Shown here piece after piece: positions 13,792-24,092 of a stretch of DNA of 64,000 nt. The stretch is taken from NCBI GenBank assembly GCA_963726195.1, contig CAVSBO010000015.1, positions 1 through 64,000 of the forward strand. Reading direction: 5' to 3'. This DNA is from Candidatus Thorarchaeota archaeon. Its GTDB lineage: Archaea; Asgardarchaeota; Thorarchaeia; Thorarchaeales; Thorarchaeaceae. A model generated the notes under the pieces. It saw only the letters and a program-made list of their open reading frames with translations, was not told the origin of the DNA and ran no database searches. The position numbers and the translations under genes were made by a program. Numbering within the stretch: the first letter of the stretch is position 1; each line of letters starts with the position of its first letter.

Positions 13792-13881
13792 TGCAATAGC
13801 CGCCCAGTGGCGGCGCTGGGCGAACTGTGGCTTTAAACCTGAGCTATGGTGAACCAGCTGCTACTATCCACGGTTTGTGGC

Positions 13882-13913
13882 AATCTCTGATTACGTGATT
13901 GAAGAGATTTATA
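13882..13913 (+). promoter_or_regulatory. Inverted repeat overlapping a TATA box of the ABC transporter operon
   Basis: AATCTCT-N14-AGAGATT running into TTTATA. Confidence 0.4.
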
Positions 13914-13973
13914 CTTGAACTCCATCGTGCGTGGGTACCAAGACTGGGCAAACATTCACTTTGGTGAAAGAAG

Positions 13974-14744
13974 ATGACTACTAACGGGATTTGTGTGAAA
14001 ACCGAACATCTGAACAAGGTATTCGGATCTGTTCAAGCAGTCAAGGATTTGGACCTTGAGGTTCCATGCGGTGGGAGATTTGGCTTCTTGGGCCCAAACG
14101 GAGCCGGGAAGACGACAACTGTGCGAATGCTAGCGGGTCTCATGAAGCCAACAAGTGGTACTGCTGTAGTATGCGGCTTGGATATCAATACGCAAAAGGA
14201 CGAAATCAAAGCTGTGACGGGTCTTTTACCTGAGACTGCGGGCCTTTACTCCAAGCTGTCAGCGGTCGAGTTCTTGGAGTTTGTGGGTGCACTCAAAGGC
14301 TTAAGCGGGCCTACCTTGAACCATCGAATCGAGAAGCTGCTTTCAATGTTGGGACTTGAGGGCAGACAGAATGACCTGCTTGAGTCATATTCCTCAGGCA
14401 TGAAACAGAAAGTGCTTGTTGCGTCTACGTTGCTGAGCGAGCCAAGACTCGTTTTCCTAGACGAGCCGACTTCTCGTCTGGATCCGAGCACTGCAGTTCT
14501 TGTTAAGGATCTCATCCTCGCACTTGCAGAGAAGACTAATACGACCTTCTTCATCTGCACACACCAAACGACCTTCGCTGAAGATGTGTGCGATGCAATC
14601 GGAATTCTCGTTGAGGGTCAGCTTGTCACTGTGGGTCCTCCAAAAACCATAGTTGAGTCAGTAGGAGCTCACGACCTTGAGGATGCATACCTTCGGATTG
14701 TAGGTGGCAAAGTCGATCGCGAAGCACTACTGTCCTGGAGGTGA
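13974..14744 (+). CDS. ABC exporter ATP-binding subunit
   Basis: GPNGAGKTT Walker A, YSSGMKQK signature, VFLDEPT Walker B. Confidence 0.95.
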   Translation: MTTNGICVKTEHLNKVFGSVQAVKDLDLEVPCGGRFGFLGPNGAGKTTTVRMLAGLMKPTSGTAVVCGLDINTQKDEIKAVTGLLPETAGLYSKLSAVEFLEFVGALKGLSGPTLNHRIEKLLSMLGLEGRQNDLLESYSSGMKQKVLVASTLLSEPRLVFLDEPTSRLDPSTAVLVKDLILALAEKTNTTFFICTHQTTFAEDVCDAIGILVEGQLVTVGPPKTIVESVGAHDLEDAYLRIVGGKVDREALLSWR

Positions 14745-14748
14745 GAGT

Positions 14749-16426
14749 GTGGTCCATACTTGGTACCACATTGCTAAGGCCGAATACTTCGTGTCAACTC
14801 CTAGCTTGAGGAAGCACAGGAAGCTGTTCGCAGGGACCATATTCATAATTGCAGCCTTGTGGGCGGTCGTGCTTGCACCAATGATGGTTGGTGCTGTCAT
14901 TGGTGGAATCATTCCTATGCCATTTATCCGTAATATGCTGATGTCGGTGTTTCCCGGGGTCATGCGAGCCGCAATGATGTTCCTGTGGGCAATGCTTCTG
15001 CTATATCCGCTATCAAACGCGCTCCAAGAAGTAAAGATTGGACAGTGGGAAATAATGCTGTCTCACGCAGTGAGAACTAGGGATATACTGATTGGCACTT
15101 ACCTCGGGAAGATTCCTCTTTACGGATTGCTGGTCCTCGCCTTTGCACCAGTATTGATTACGCCTTTCATGTTGGCATTTCAAGTGACGTTGTTCGGTCA
15201 GGTTCTAGTTTACATTGTAATAGCTCTGATGGTTCTCTCAACCGTCTGGCTATCGAATTTCATCACGGCTGTAGTCCAAGCACGCCTTGGACAGTCTTCG
15301 CGAGGAAACGACATTGCAAAGGCTCTTGCTATCTTGATAGCGGTGATCGTTATCATACCGATGTATGGGCTGATGTACTACCTACCAACTCTGTCACAAC
15401 TCCTCGGAATGAACGTGTTCCTGTTGATGCCTTTCGCTTGGACGGCAGATCTAATCAGCTGGATCACGATTAGTTCCAACGGGATTGGACTTTCCGAATC
15501 TCAGATTGCGGCCTTTTCAAATGTCCTCCAAATCAATGCCTTCAGCTAGCGCTCTTTTGATTGGTGCCTTCGGACTTGTATGCGTGCTTGCCGGATTGGC
15601 GTCGGCGGACAGGATATTCACAATTAGCGCCGGAGTGCGGACCGAGAAGATTACAACAGTGGGCCGTGACAACCTGCTACTACGGGGCATTCGCAGAGTG
15701 AGCAAGGGCGCCTTCGGAAAACTCGTCACAGTCAGTCTGAAGAGTTTTGGAAGGAAGGCCGAGAATCTTTCAAAGGTGTTCTATGGCATTGTTCTCGCCA
15801 CCATAATGCCCATAATGGTGCAGCAGGTCGACCCGGGCACTTTCGATTTCTTCTCTATTGCACTAATGGTTGGAATGATGATAGGCATACTCGGCGTGTT
15901 TCCATTTGCGGGAACAGGGTTTCTTGAGAGTAAGGACCAGTTATGGATGATTCAGAGTGCACCAAGAGGTGCATCGCACTTCATGAGGGCTAGACTAGTT
16001 TCGGGGCTCCTCATTGCAGTTCCTCTTGCTCTCGTCCCAACTACGCTAGTCGCCTTTATGTTTGGGATGACGGCTCTAGAGTTCCTCCTACTCATTGTTT
16101 CCTCATGTCTGATAGTGTGGGGGGCTGTGATGGTGAGTATGGGAATGACTGCTCGGAATCCGAATTACGAGGACACCAAGTCTCCTGGGTACCAGGTGGT
16201 GATCATGGGATCCATGATGATAACAGTATTCTCGGTCATGGCCCCTATCCTCTTGGATCTGTTCAGTTTCTTAGCCGGTTTCTCCATATTCGACTTCCTT
16301 GAGAACGCTTTCGGAACCATTGGTCTTAGGTTATTCATGATACTCTCAGGTCCTGTGTGCGTTCTTCTTATTGGAGCATTGATGATGAACCTCGGGGTCA
16401 GGAGCTTGTCCAGACCAGAGCAATGA
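14749..16426 (+). CDS. ABC-2-type exporter permease (frameshift near 15545)
   Basis: About 14 hydrophobic segments across two overlapping ORFs directly after the ATPase; SD GGAGGTGA. Confidence 0.8.
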
Positions 16427-16629
16427 ACGGGAACACAACAAGAGGTGAGTCACAATTCTCTGAACGTGCGGGCTAGGATCATAGAAGGAAGTCCGGCCCG
16501 CCCCGTTCCAGAGCCAAACCGGCTGTCGACGCTTATTTCTTAGCAAGCATAATCTAGTCTTTCGATTTCTCCTTGGAGAAAGTGGCCCCTTGATAATCAG
16601 AAAACAAGTCGGCCTTGGTGAATACGGAA

Positions 16630-17439
16630 TCAGTCCCCCGGAACTCGAATCTCCTCAGGAGTGAATAGAACTCTGCCTTCCATCCCGCCCGCCACTGTTA
16701 TAGCTTGGCCGCTAACATGCCCCGACATGGCATCTGACGAAAGGAACAGGATGGCGTTTGCGACATCGGAAGGCACCGCAGTTTTTCTCATAGGAATTGT
16801 CTGGAGTATTCTTCTTACCTTCTTGGAATCCTTCAGAGTGTCTTCCGACATTGGTGTCAGTGTCCAGCCCGGGTTCACGAGATTCACTCGTCCCTTTGGC
16901 GCTAGGTGCACAATCTCGTTCTTCAAGCTCATCAAAAGCCCGTACATGGCTGCCTTGGATGTGGAATAGTCACAAAACCACGCTTCTCCAAAGATGCCCG
17001 CAGTCGAGCCCACTAGTACGAGGGATGCATAATCACCGGGATAGCGTTCAAGATTCTGGAAGAAGTACTTTGCTGATAGAAATGTGCCAGTCAAATTGAC
17101 TGCCAACGTGTTCTCCCATTGTTTCAAATCCATTTTATGAACGGGCGCTTCCTCATGGTTTGCTATCCCTGCATTTGCTACTAACACGTCAACTCGCCCA
17201 AAGGATGCATTTGCTTGCTCAAAGAGTGACCTGACTTGCGCTTCGTCTTTCAAGTCAGCGCTTGCCGTCATCATTTGCTTTGACCACTCACGCCCAATGC
17301 GCTTCAACTCTACAGAAGACTGATGATATGCAGCTGTAACCTTCGAGCCCTCCCGGAGGAACGATTTGGTGACTTCAATGCCTATGCCTCCGCTGGCACC
17401 AGTGATTAGCGTGTGTTTATTCTTCAGACCAGTATCCAT
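16630..17439 (-). CDS. SDR family oxidoreductase
   Basis: TGASGGIG, VANAG, YSTSK, NLVNPG. Confidence 0.93.
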   Translation of the reverse strand: MDTGLKNKHTLITGASGGIGIEVTKSFLREGSKVTAAYHQSSVELKRIGREWSKQMMTASADLKDEAQVRSLFEQANASFGRVDVLVANAGIANHEEAPVHKMDLKQWENTLAVNLTGTFLSAKYFFQNLERYPGDYASLVLVGSTAGIFGEAWFCDYSTSKAAMYGLLMSLKNEIVHLAPKGRVNLVNPGWTLTPMSEDTLKDSKKVRRILQTIPMRKTAVPSDVANAILFLSSDAMSGHVSGQAITVAGGMEGRVLFTPEEIRVPGD

Positions 17440-17675
17440 CCAATGACCTCCGCTTACATTGCACACAACGCTTCCCATACTCCCCCTTTGAAGCATTCGA
17501 AGATGCAATCCTGTCCATGTGCGCAGCTTGCTAGTCCGTTACAGGTAGGTTCCGTACATGAGCAATGGTGAGCCGAATCATTGATGAGACTGCTTTGTCA
17601 CCAGCTGCGCGTGCGAGAGAACCTTTCTCTCCATCATCACACGACGAAGCAGAACAGCACAAATAATGAAGGCGG

Positions 17676-18590
17676 GTGAATGGTAAAATGAAACCCGATC
17701 TTGAGAGTCTCCATCGTGCACGGCTATCCACGTTTTCAATAGTAGCAAGGGATCCAAACAACGGCGACCTTGGCGTCATAGTTCAGTCAAAGTTTCCGGC
17801 AGTCGGCTCAATAGTACCTTGGGCCGCCGCCGAAGTGGGCGCAATTGCAACTCAGGCATGGGCCAACTCATCTTACGGACCTACAGGACTTGCTCTTCTG
17901 TCTCAGGGAAAAACTGCGACACAGACACTCAAGGCACTTCTCAAGGATGATGACATGGCTGAGCATCGTCAGGTTGGGATTGTAGATTCCAAGGGCCGTG
18001 CGGCTGCCCATACGGGTGAAAAGTGCATGGAGTCAGCGACACATCTGGTGGGCAAAGGATACACATGCCAAGGCAACATCCTTGCGCGCACATCTGTTGT
18101 CACGAGCATGGCTGAGTCCTTTGAAAGAACTGAGGGCGATCTCATAGACAAGCTGTTTGCAGGGCTCAAGGCCGGTCAAGCTGAAGGCGGTGACAGAAGA
18201 GGAATGCAGTCAGCCGCAATACTTGTGGTTCGGAAGAACGGTGGATACGGTGGGGGAAATGACCGGTACGTCGATGTACGTGTTGACGAACACCCTAGCC
18301 CCATCGAAGAGCTGGAGAGGATATTCAAGATATACGACATGACACTACTTAGTAGAGAGCCTCCGAGCAACCTTATCCGACTTGATGGCGTTGTGGCACA
18401 GAAGGTCCAAGAGGCTTTGGTGGCTCTGGGTTACTTGACGGTAGTAGAGCAGGGAATCTTTCCATCAGGAGCTGCGGCCGCTCTTGAGAAATACATGAAC
18501 GTCAGCAACTTCGAGAACAAGGCCCGTTCTGACGGGACAATATGGCAGAGCGTCCTTGATTATCTCATGGAAGAAGCGGGGCTTGGCTGA
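17676..18590 (+). CDS. DUF1028 (Ntn-hydrolase-like) protein with C-terminal peptidoglycan-binding-like domain
   Basis: TFSIVARD, GAIATQA, RQVGIVD, GGDRRG.QSAA, DVRVDEH. Confidence 0.88.
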   Translation: MNGKMKPDLESLHRARLSTFSIVARDPNNGDLGVIVQSKFPAVGSIVPWAAAEVGAIATQAWANSSYGPTGLALLSQGKTATQTLKALLKDDDMAEHRQVGIVDSKGRAAAHTGEKCMESATHLVGKGYTCQGNILARTSVVTSMAESFERTEGDLIDKLFAGLKAGQAEGGDRRGMQSAAILVVRKNGGYGGGNDRYVDVRVDEHPSPIEELERIFKIYDMTLLSREPPSNLIRLDGVVAQKVQEALVALGYLTVVEQGIFPSGAAAALEKYMNVSNFENKARSDGTIWQSVLDYLMEEAGLG

Positions 18591-19091
18591 TCATGACCGA
18601 TTCTGGGCGCGCTCCCGTGCCTTCCATAGAATGTCCCGATAACGCTCGACGAGAATATCCGGCCAGTTTCCTATCGACCTCAGCATCAAGTCTGCAGTCA
18701 GTGTGACCCCTTTGTCGAGTTCCAGTTCTCGAAGCCATGGACAGCCAAACAAGGGAGTTACGTCCAGTCGCTTGATTCTGTTCTCTTTCAACACGATTTC
18801 TCGAACGTCGTGACATTCACCGATTGGCGTCAAGTCGACTTCCTGCAGATGGTTGTGATTCAGTCTCAGCCCCTTCAAGTGGCTGCACTTGGCAAGCGGA
18901 GTCAAATCAACTTCTAAGAGGGAGTTGTAGCGCAGGCTGAGATATTCCAAGTCTGCACACCATATCAGTGGCAAGAGGTCAACTGACGCAATGTCTCGAA
19001 GGTCTAGGTTGATGTGACCTTCAGTTGCCTTGAAGATTTCATACTTTTCCAGACCAGTAGTTGTCGTGTATCTGATGAATACCTCAACCAT
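18591..19091 (-). CDS. Leucine-rich repeat protein
   Basis: About four 24-aa repeats VDLTPLxxCxxLxxLxLxxNxLxx. Confidence 0.85.
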   Translation of the reverse strand: MVEVFIRYTTTTGLEKYEIFKATEGHINLDLRDIASVDLLPLIWCADLEYLSLRYNSLLEVDLTPLAKCSHLKGLRLNHNHLQEVDLTPIGECHDVREIVLKENRIKRLDVTPLFGCPWLRELELDKGVTLTADLMLRSIGNWPDILVERYRDILWKARERAQNRS

Positions 19092-19339
19092 AACAAACCC
19101 CTCGTCTGCAGCATGTGTCTTGAAAGAATCTCATCAGCGCACAATTACCAGTTCTCGCGCCGTGGAGTTGGTACTTAAGGACTGGGCTTATGTGTAGGCC
19201 TTCTTAAGGTTTCTAAACGTGCCTGCCAGCGGAGCACAGATTCGCGAAAGAGACAGGCAACACACGAGATAAGAATGAAATTCCAGCATATCCAGTTGAA
19301 TCAAAAAGCGGGCCCTAGTGGTTCGCTGAATCAGTGGTA

Positions 19340-19906
19340 CTACTTGAATGAGTAACGCTGCTCTTTCCACGGGTCTGCTTCGTTGTGGTATCCCCTGACC
19401 TCCCAGTATCCAGGCTCATCTGTCTTGACAAACTTGAGCCCGACCAACCACTTGACCGACTTGTATGCATATATCGAACTGACTACGCTGCGAAGAGGCC
19501 CACCATGCTTCGGCTCAAGGTCCTTGCCTGCCCACTTGTAGGCCAAGATTGTGTCTTCTCTGAGAAATGTATCCATTATCGTGTTGCTTGTGTAGCCAGA
19601 ATCCGCAATCATCACCACATGCTTCGCAGTCGGTTTTGTTCTGGCCACGTCACAAATGGTTCTTCCGAGGACGCCTTGCCATTCGTTTTCGAGTCGGCTC
19701 CAGCCGGTCACACAATGGAAGTCAGCAATTATCTTGTGACTCGGCAACGCGAGGAACTCGTCCCAAGAGAGATCAAGAGGATTATCCACCTCTCCTGTGA
19801 CGCGGAACCGCCATTTCTGCGGGTCGAACTTCATGGGTCGCTCAGCGTTGAGCACGGGAAACCCATCAGTGACATGTTGCCCGGGAGGGATTCTTTCTTT
19901 GCTCAT
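19340..19906 (-). CDS. Sulfite oxidase-like molybdopterin-dependent oxidoreductase
   Basis: RIPPGQ, DFHCVTGWS, HGGPLR, YAYKSVKW, GYWE.RGYH. Confidence 0.92.
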   Translation of the reverse strand: MSKERIPPGQHVTDGFPVLNAERPMKFDPQKWRFRVTGEVDNPLDLSWDEFLALPSHKIIADFHCVTGWSRLENEWQGVLGRTICDVARTKPTAKHVVMIADSGYTSNTIMDTFLREDTILAYKWAGKDLEPKHGGPLRSVVSSIYAYKSVKWLVGLKFVKTDEPGYWEVRGYHNEADPWKEQRYSFK

Positions 19907-20059
19907 TGCAGCCGTGAGACATCTGACTCGGGCGAATTTCAACCTGTGCCTCCATGCATTCAGAGGAATAGTCTTTCGGCATAGAAATCCTGCAAGCACG
20001 GCAGATGGTCGGCCACCACAATCGGATGGGCTAAAAGCTAGGGCACGGACCGCTTGGTT

Positions 20060-20404
20060 GTGCCCATCGACAGGGAGTACCGCAACAAGCTAAGAATCAG
20101 TGGCAATCATTGTGGACATTCAGTCTGGACGTCGAACACTGGCAAAATCTGCATAATTCACGGCACCTTGGTGGGAGTCGATGCAGAGTCCTGCAATGGA
20201 TGCCAGAAATGTGTGAGCGCGTGTCCCCTCGCAGTCCTTGTTTCGTGGACAGACAGTTCTGGCAAACAGATAGTAGATCCCATGAACGAAATGGATTGCA
20301 TGGCTTGTTTGCTTTGCGAAATTGTCTGTCCTTCGGATGCCATAAGTATCCAAAGAAGCCCCGGGTCGACGGAAACCCTAGAGTCTTTATTGCGCGATGT
20401 GTAA
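20060..20404 (+). CDS. Zinc-containing-type dicluster ferredoxin (Zfx-like)
   Basis: N-terminal PID..YR....G.H.GH...IHGTLVGVD extension; two CxxCxxCxxxCP motifs. Confidence 0.8.
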   Translation: MPIDREYRNKLRISGNHCGHSVWTSNTGKICIIHGTLVGVDAESCNGCQKCVSACPLAVLVSWTDSSGKQIVDPMNEMDCMACLLCEIVCPSDAISIQRSPGSTETLESLLRDV

Positions 20405-20429
20405 TCTACTCAGAAGAGAGGTAGATGGT

Positions 20430-21692
20430 ATGTTCGAGGTTCTGTTAACTGAAAGTGAAAGGAAAATCAGGGACGAAGTCCGTGCTTTTGTGAGAGATAG
20501 GGTCGATCCTTCTCTAATCCTTAAGATGGACTCCCGTGAGCAGGAGTATCCTTACGAATTCGTGAAGTCCGTTGGACAAGCCAACCTCTTGGGCTTGCGT
20601 TTTCCGAAGAAGTACGGTGGTCGTGGCCTCGGCTGGGTCTCAGAGATGCTGGCCATAGAAGAGATTGGCGTTTTGGGCATCGCTCTAGGGTGCACATACT
20701 CACTGCCAAGCATCATTGGAGAGGGAATAAACAAGTTCGGAACCGAAGAGCAGAAGCGGAAGTACCTTCTGCCGACACTTCGCGGCGAGAAGATATGCGG
20801 AGAGGGCTTAACAGAGCCTCGCGGCGGGTCCGACTTCTTTGGTACCAACACGACAGCTATGAAGCGGGGAAACAGGTTCGTACTTAATGGTGAGAAACGC
20901 TTTGTTGCCGGCGGAGTCGGTGCCGACTACTTTCTAGTTTATGCAAAGACAGACTTTGAGGCACCACCACACAAGTCTCTCAGCGCCTTCTTGGTAGATC
21001 GAGACTCTGGCGTGAAAGTCGAGGAGCAGTATGAGCTGTTGGGATGCCGTGGGATGGGCGCAGCTAGGATTGTCATGAATAATGTAGAAGTCGACGAGGA
21101 TAATATCGTGAATGGTCTTGGCGGCGGCAACGATGTATTCAATGCAATGATGGTACCAGAGCGCCTCACGAGCGCCGCAGGTGCAATAGGGATGGGGAGA
21201 GCTGCACTGGAGATTGCAGTGAGGTATTCAGACAAGAGAGAAGCGTTTGGTCAACAGGTCAGACGATTCGAAGGGATTAGCTTCAAGGTCGCAGACTGTG
21301 CCACGCAGCTTGATGCGGCGAGGGGCCTAGTATATCATGCCGCCAAGAAGGCAGACACTGGAGCATGGTGTCGCAAGGAAGTCTCTCAAGCGAAGTTCTT
21401 CGCGACCGAAGCAGGCTTCCACACGATCCACGAGTCCATGCAAATCCTAGGTGGAATCGGTTACACTAACGTCTACCCTCTGGAGAGGCTGTTTCGAGAT
21501 GCCAGACTGGGAATCACATGGACTGGTAGCAATGAGGTTCAACGGCTGATAGTGCAAAACGAGGTCTACAAGGAGATTTTGTCCGAGGATCGCGGTACCA
21601 AGAGGGATGTAGAACTGGATACTCCGGGCGCCAACAAGACTGCCGAAAAGGTATTCACCGAAGCAGCTGACAAGTACTATCAGAAGCGATGA
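20430..21692 (+). CDS. Acyl-CoA dehydrogenase
   Basis: P..YGGRG, GLTEPRGGSD, LNGEKRF, R.AFG, QILGGIGY, GSNEVQR. Confidence 0.95.
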   Translation: MFEVLLTESERKIRDEVRAFVRDRVDPSLILKMDSREQEYPYEFVKSVGQANLLGLRFPKKYGGRGLGWVSEMLAIEEIGVLGIALGCTYSLPSIIGEGINKFGTEEQKRKYLLPTLRGEKICGEGLTEPRGGSDFFGTNTTAMKRGNRFVLNGEKRFVAGGVGADYFLVYAKTDFEAPPHKSLSAFLVDRDSGVKVEEQYELLGCRGMGAARIVMNNVEVDEDNIVNGLGGGNDVFNAMMVPERLTSAAGAIGMGRAALEIAVRYSDKREAFGQQVRRFEGISFKVADCATQLDAARGLVYHAAKKADTGAWCRKEVSQAKFFATEAGFHTIHESMQILGGIGYTNVYPLERLFRDARLGITWTGSNEVQRLIVQNEVYKEILSEDRGTKRDVELDTPGANKTAEKVFTEAADKYYQKR

Positions 21693-21841
21693 TAGGAATC
21701 TCCTCGATGCCAAGCTCGGCATTCATCAGCGCAATCTCGATTTCCCCGATGCGCAAGTTCATAAGGTGGGCCGCTTAATTATAGTTAAGGTTCTCACTAT
21801 CTACAGAGTGAGACAAATAATACGAAACGGAGACCATGAAA

Positions 21842-22009
21842 ATGAGCAAGCTCGTCTGCAAGAAATGTGGAATGGAGATGGCGATGCCGACGCACTGTGG
21901 ACAGGAAATGCACCAAGAGGGCAACCAGCTTGTCTGCTGGATGGGTGCAGAATGCGGGCATCAAGCGATTCCTAAGCATCATGGCGCACCCATGACAATC
22001 AAGGCGTAA
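21842..22009 (+). CDS. 55-aa Cys/His-rich metal-binding miniprotein (not in ORF track)
   Basis: MSKLVCKKCGMEMAMPTHCGQEMHQEGNQLVCWMGAECGHQAIPKHHGAPMTIKA; SD GGAGA upstream; two-fold internal repeat. Confidence 0.8.
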   Translation: MSKLVCKKCGMEMAMPTHCGQEMHQEGNQLVCWMGAECGHQAIPKHHGAPMTIKA

Positions 22010-22236
22010 AGGCAGACACACAATATTAGCATGGGTCGGAAGGGGGACATCGCTTTTGATGGGGTCTGAACACCTGTCGCATCTCAGATTGTTCACCATG
22101 GTGAGACTACAGACTAAAGTGTGTCTCATGACCCAGGCGAGTACTGATTGAGTTTCTTTGCTACAGTGCGGAACTAATGAGAGCGCAAGAATGATTATCT
22201 CCAGTTGAATGATCGCCTCCCAGATGAGGCGGTCAT

Positions 22237-22608
22237 GTGTTCTCTCAAATCCTGCCTTCTCTGGAGCTAATTGAGTATGGCATTCCTCCAATCCTAGTGG
22301 GCCTCATCATTGGGTATGCCATTGGAGGTTCCTCACATCTGTCTATTCGTGAACGGCTTGGCTTTGCAGTGGTCATCTATCCCTTGGGAGGTCTAACGCT
22401 GTCTGTCTTGATGTCTGTATGGTTGCCTGTAACGACCCAAAGTGTACTGTTTGGGATAATATCGTTCTCAGGTGGTTATGCATTCGGAACAATATACCAA
22501 TGGAGCCCACCTGAAAAACCGTCCTCCAAACCCCATGTCATATTCGAACCTGAAGATGACGAGGAGTTCGACCATGAGATAGACCAAGCTCTTGGTCGAG
22601 ACGGATAA
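22237..22608 (+). CDS. Small membrane protein with acidic tail
   Basis: Three hydrophobic segments, C-terminal FEPEDDEEFD. Confidence 0.65.
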   Translation: MFSQILPSLELIEYGIPPILVGLIIGYAIGGSSHLSIRERLGFAVVIYPLGGLTLSVLMSVWLPVTTQSVLFGIISFSGGYAFGTIYQWSPPEKPSSKPHVIFEPEDDEEFDHEIDQALGRDG

Positions 22609-22728
22609 ATTTGTATCAGAAAACATGGCCTTTTGATATTGGTCTCAACATGGTGGACAACCCCATAACTGTTAATAGATAGGTTGAGGCAGGAGTCCTG
22701 TGCCCTAACTAGAAGAGTGACATGTAAC

Positions 22729-23949
22729 ATGAGAAAGACACTGCCTTTGCTGATTCCTCTTGTGTTTATCACGTGCATGCTGTGGTCAACTCTATTCGTA
22801 ATGCCATCGCAGGCTGTACCTGTAGGCTGGAGCGGTGATAGCAACTTGGAGTTTCAGCTCAAGTTGAACGGAACACCGGCTCCCGACGCGAATTCCAGCT
22901 ATCCAGTACCAGTGCTCACTAATCTGACGATGGAGCTGACAATCAATGTCCTCAGCAACCTGACCCTCTGGGAATCTCGTCTCATAATGCAATACTTGGG
23001 CATTACCTTAGTTGATGTGCCGTCTCCCATCAACTCTTACATACCCGCGGGATTTAGCGGGAGTCTACTCAACAAAACAATCCCGCTCGGGTCGCTTCTA
23101 ACATACAATGGAATTGCTCTGATAACCGGAACCATCATTGGATCGTTCTCCTTCGTTTACAACGTTACAGCTGGGACAAACAAGACTGTAGCCCAGAGCT
23201 TTGTTCTTCGGGTAGGACCCACTGGCGCAGCTGCAATCATGTCTGTCGCAGGTCTTGTCACGGTGGCTTTGACAGTCACATCTGTTTTCGGCCTGCTATT
23301 ATCGCTAGACGACTTTCAACGAGGGATTATGGCCGCGAGGAAGACCCACGGAGCAAAAAGGGCCTCGGATGTAGGAATATTTCCATCCGCTTTAATCCTC
23401 CGAAGACGACCGAAGAAGGGTGCAGAGCAAATAAGCAAGGATGAACTCGTGCGACGTGTAAGCGAGGCCGCCAAGAAAAGTTGGGATGGAAAGCGATGCC
23501 CACAGTGCGGTCACAAGTGGCTAAAGGAGGCAAGCAACTGTCCGAAGTGCAAACTCGACCGTGCGTCGGCGGTAGATTACTTCTCGAAAGACATTGCGGA
23601 ATATGCACCGAAAGCATTGAGTGTTGTCAAGCCGAAGTCCAAGATGCCAGTCGGCACGTTCTCAAGGCGTCTCAAACTGAAGCGTGACAAGGGTGGTGCG
23701 TTGGCTGCGGCGCTGACCGACATGGGCGTCTTTCAGACCAAGAGCGTGAAGGTGCCGCTGATTAAGGTAGCACTGGCAGGCATGACTCTTGCAGGCACGT
23801 ACTGGAGCTGGATGCAGATGATTGCGGGGGCGACTCCGAGTTGGATAGACATCCTGCTCTTGACCTGTGGTGCTCTTGTTGTATCTGTGCTCGTAGCCTA
23901 TTTCATGAATTGGCTCGCCAGAGTGCCGAAGCTCGGCTACGAAGACTAA
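22729..23949 (+). CDS. Membrane protein: signal peptide, extracellular domain, TM, cytoplasmic zinc ribbon, two C-terminal TMs
   Basis: Hydrophobic N-terminus, N-x-S/T sequons, CPQC-x9-CPKC. Confidence 0.7.
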   Translation: MRKTLPLLIPLVFITCMLWSTLFVMPSQAVPVGWSGDSNLEFQLKLNGTPAPDANSSYPVPVLTNLTMELTINVLSNLTLWESRLIMQYLGITLVDVPSPINSYIPAGFSGSLLNKTIPLGSLLTYNGIALITGTIIGSFSFVYNVTAGTNKTVAQSFVLRVGPTGAAAIMSVAGLVTVALTVTSVFGLLLSLDDFQRGIMAARKTHGAKRASDVGIFPSALILRRRPKKGAEQISKDELVRRVSEAAKKSWDGKRCPQCGHKWLKEASNCPKCKLDRASAVDYFSKDIAEYAPKALSVVKPKSKMPVGTFSRRLKLKRDKGGALAAALTDMGVFQTKSVKVPLIKVALAGMTLAGTYWSWMQMIAGATPSWIDILLLTCGALVVSVLVAYFMNWLARVPKLGYED

Positions 23950-24092
23950 TACGAGGTGGACCTTATGGTCCCCTCTAACCATTTTACAATACCCTATGAC
24001 TAGGCCACTATTTCTCAAGTTCTCAGCTTAATGTCTACAGGCTCGCTACTACAAGGTTCCTAGAAAGAGCACGCACAGACAATCTGCGCAGT

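Noticed and set aside
16484-16525. RNase P-like GAAGGAAGTCCGG ... AAACCGGCT motifs
   Set aside because: Only about 20 nt separate the would-be P4 strands and no other RNase P helices are present; a simple hairpin explains the sequence
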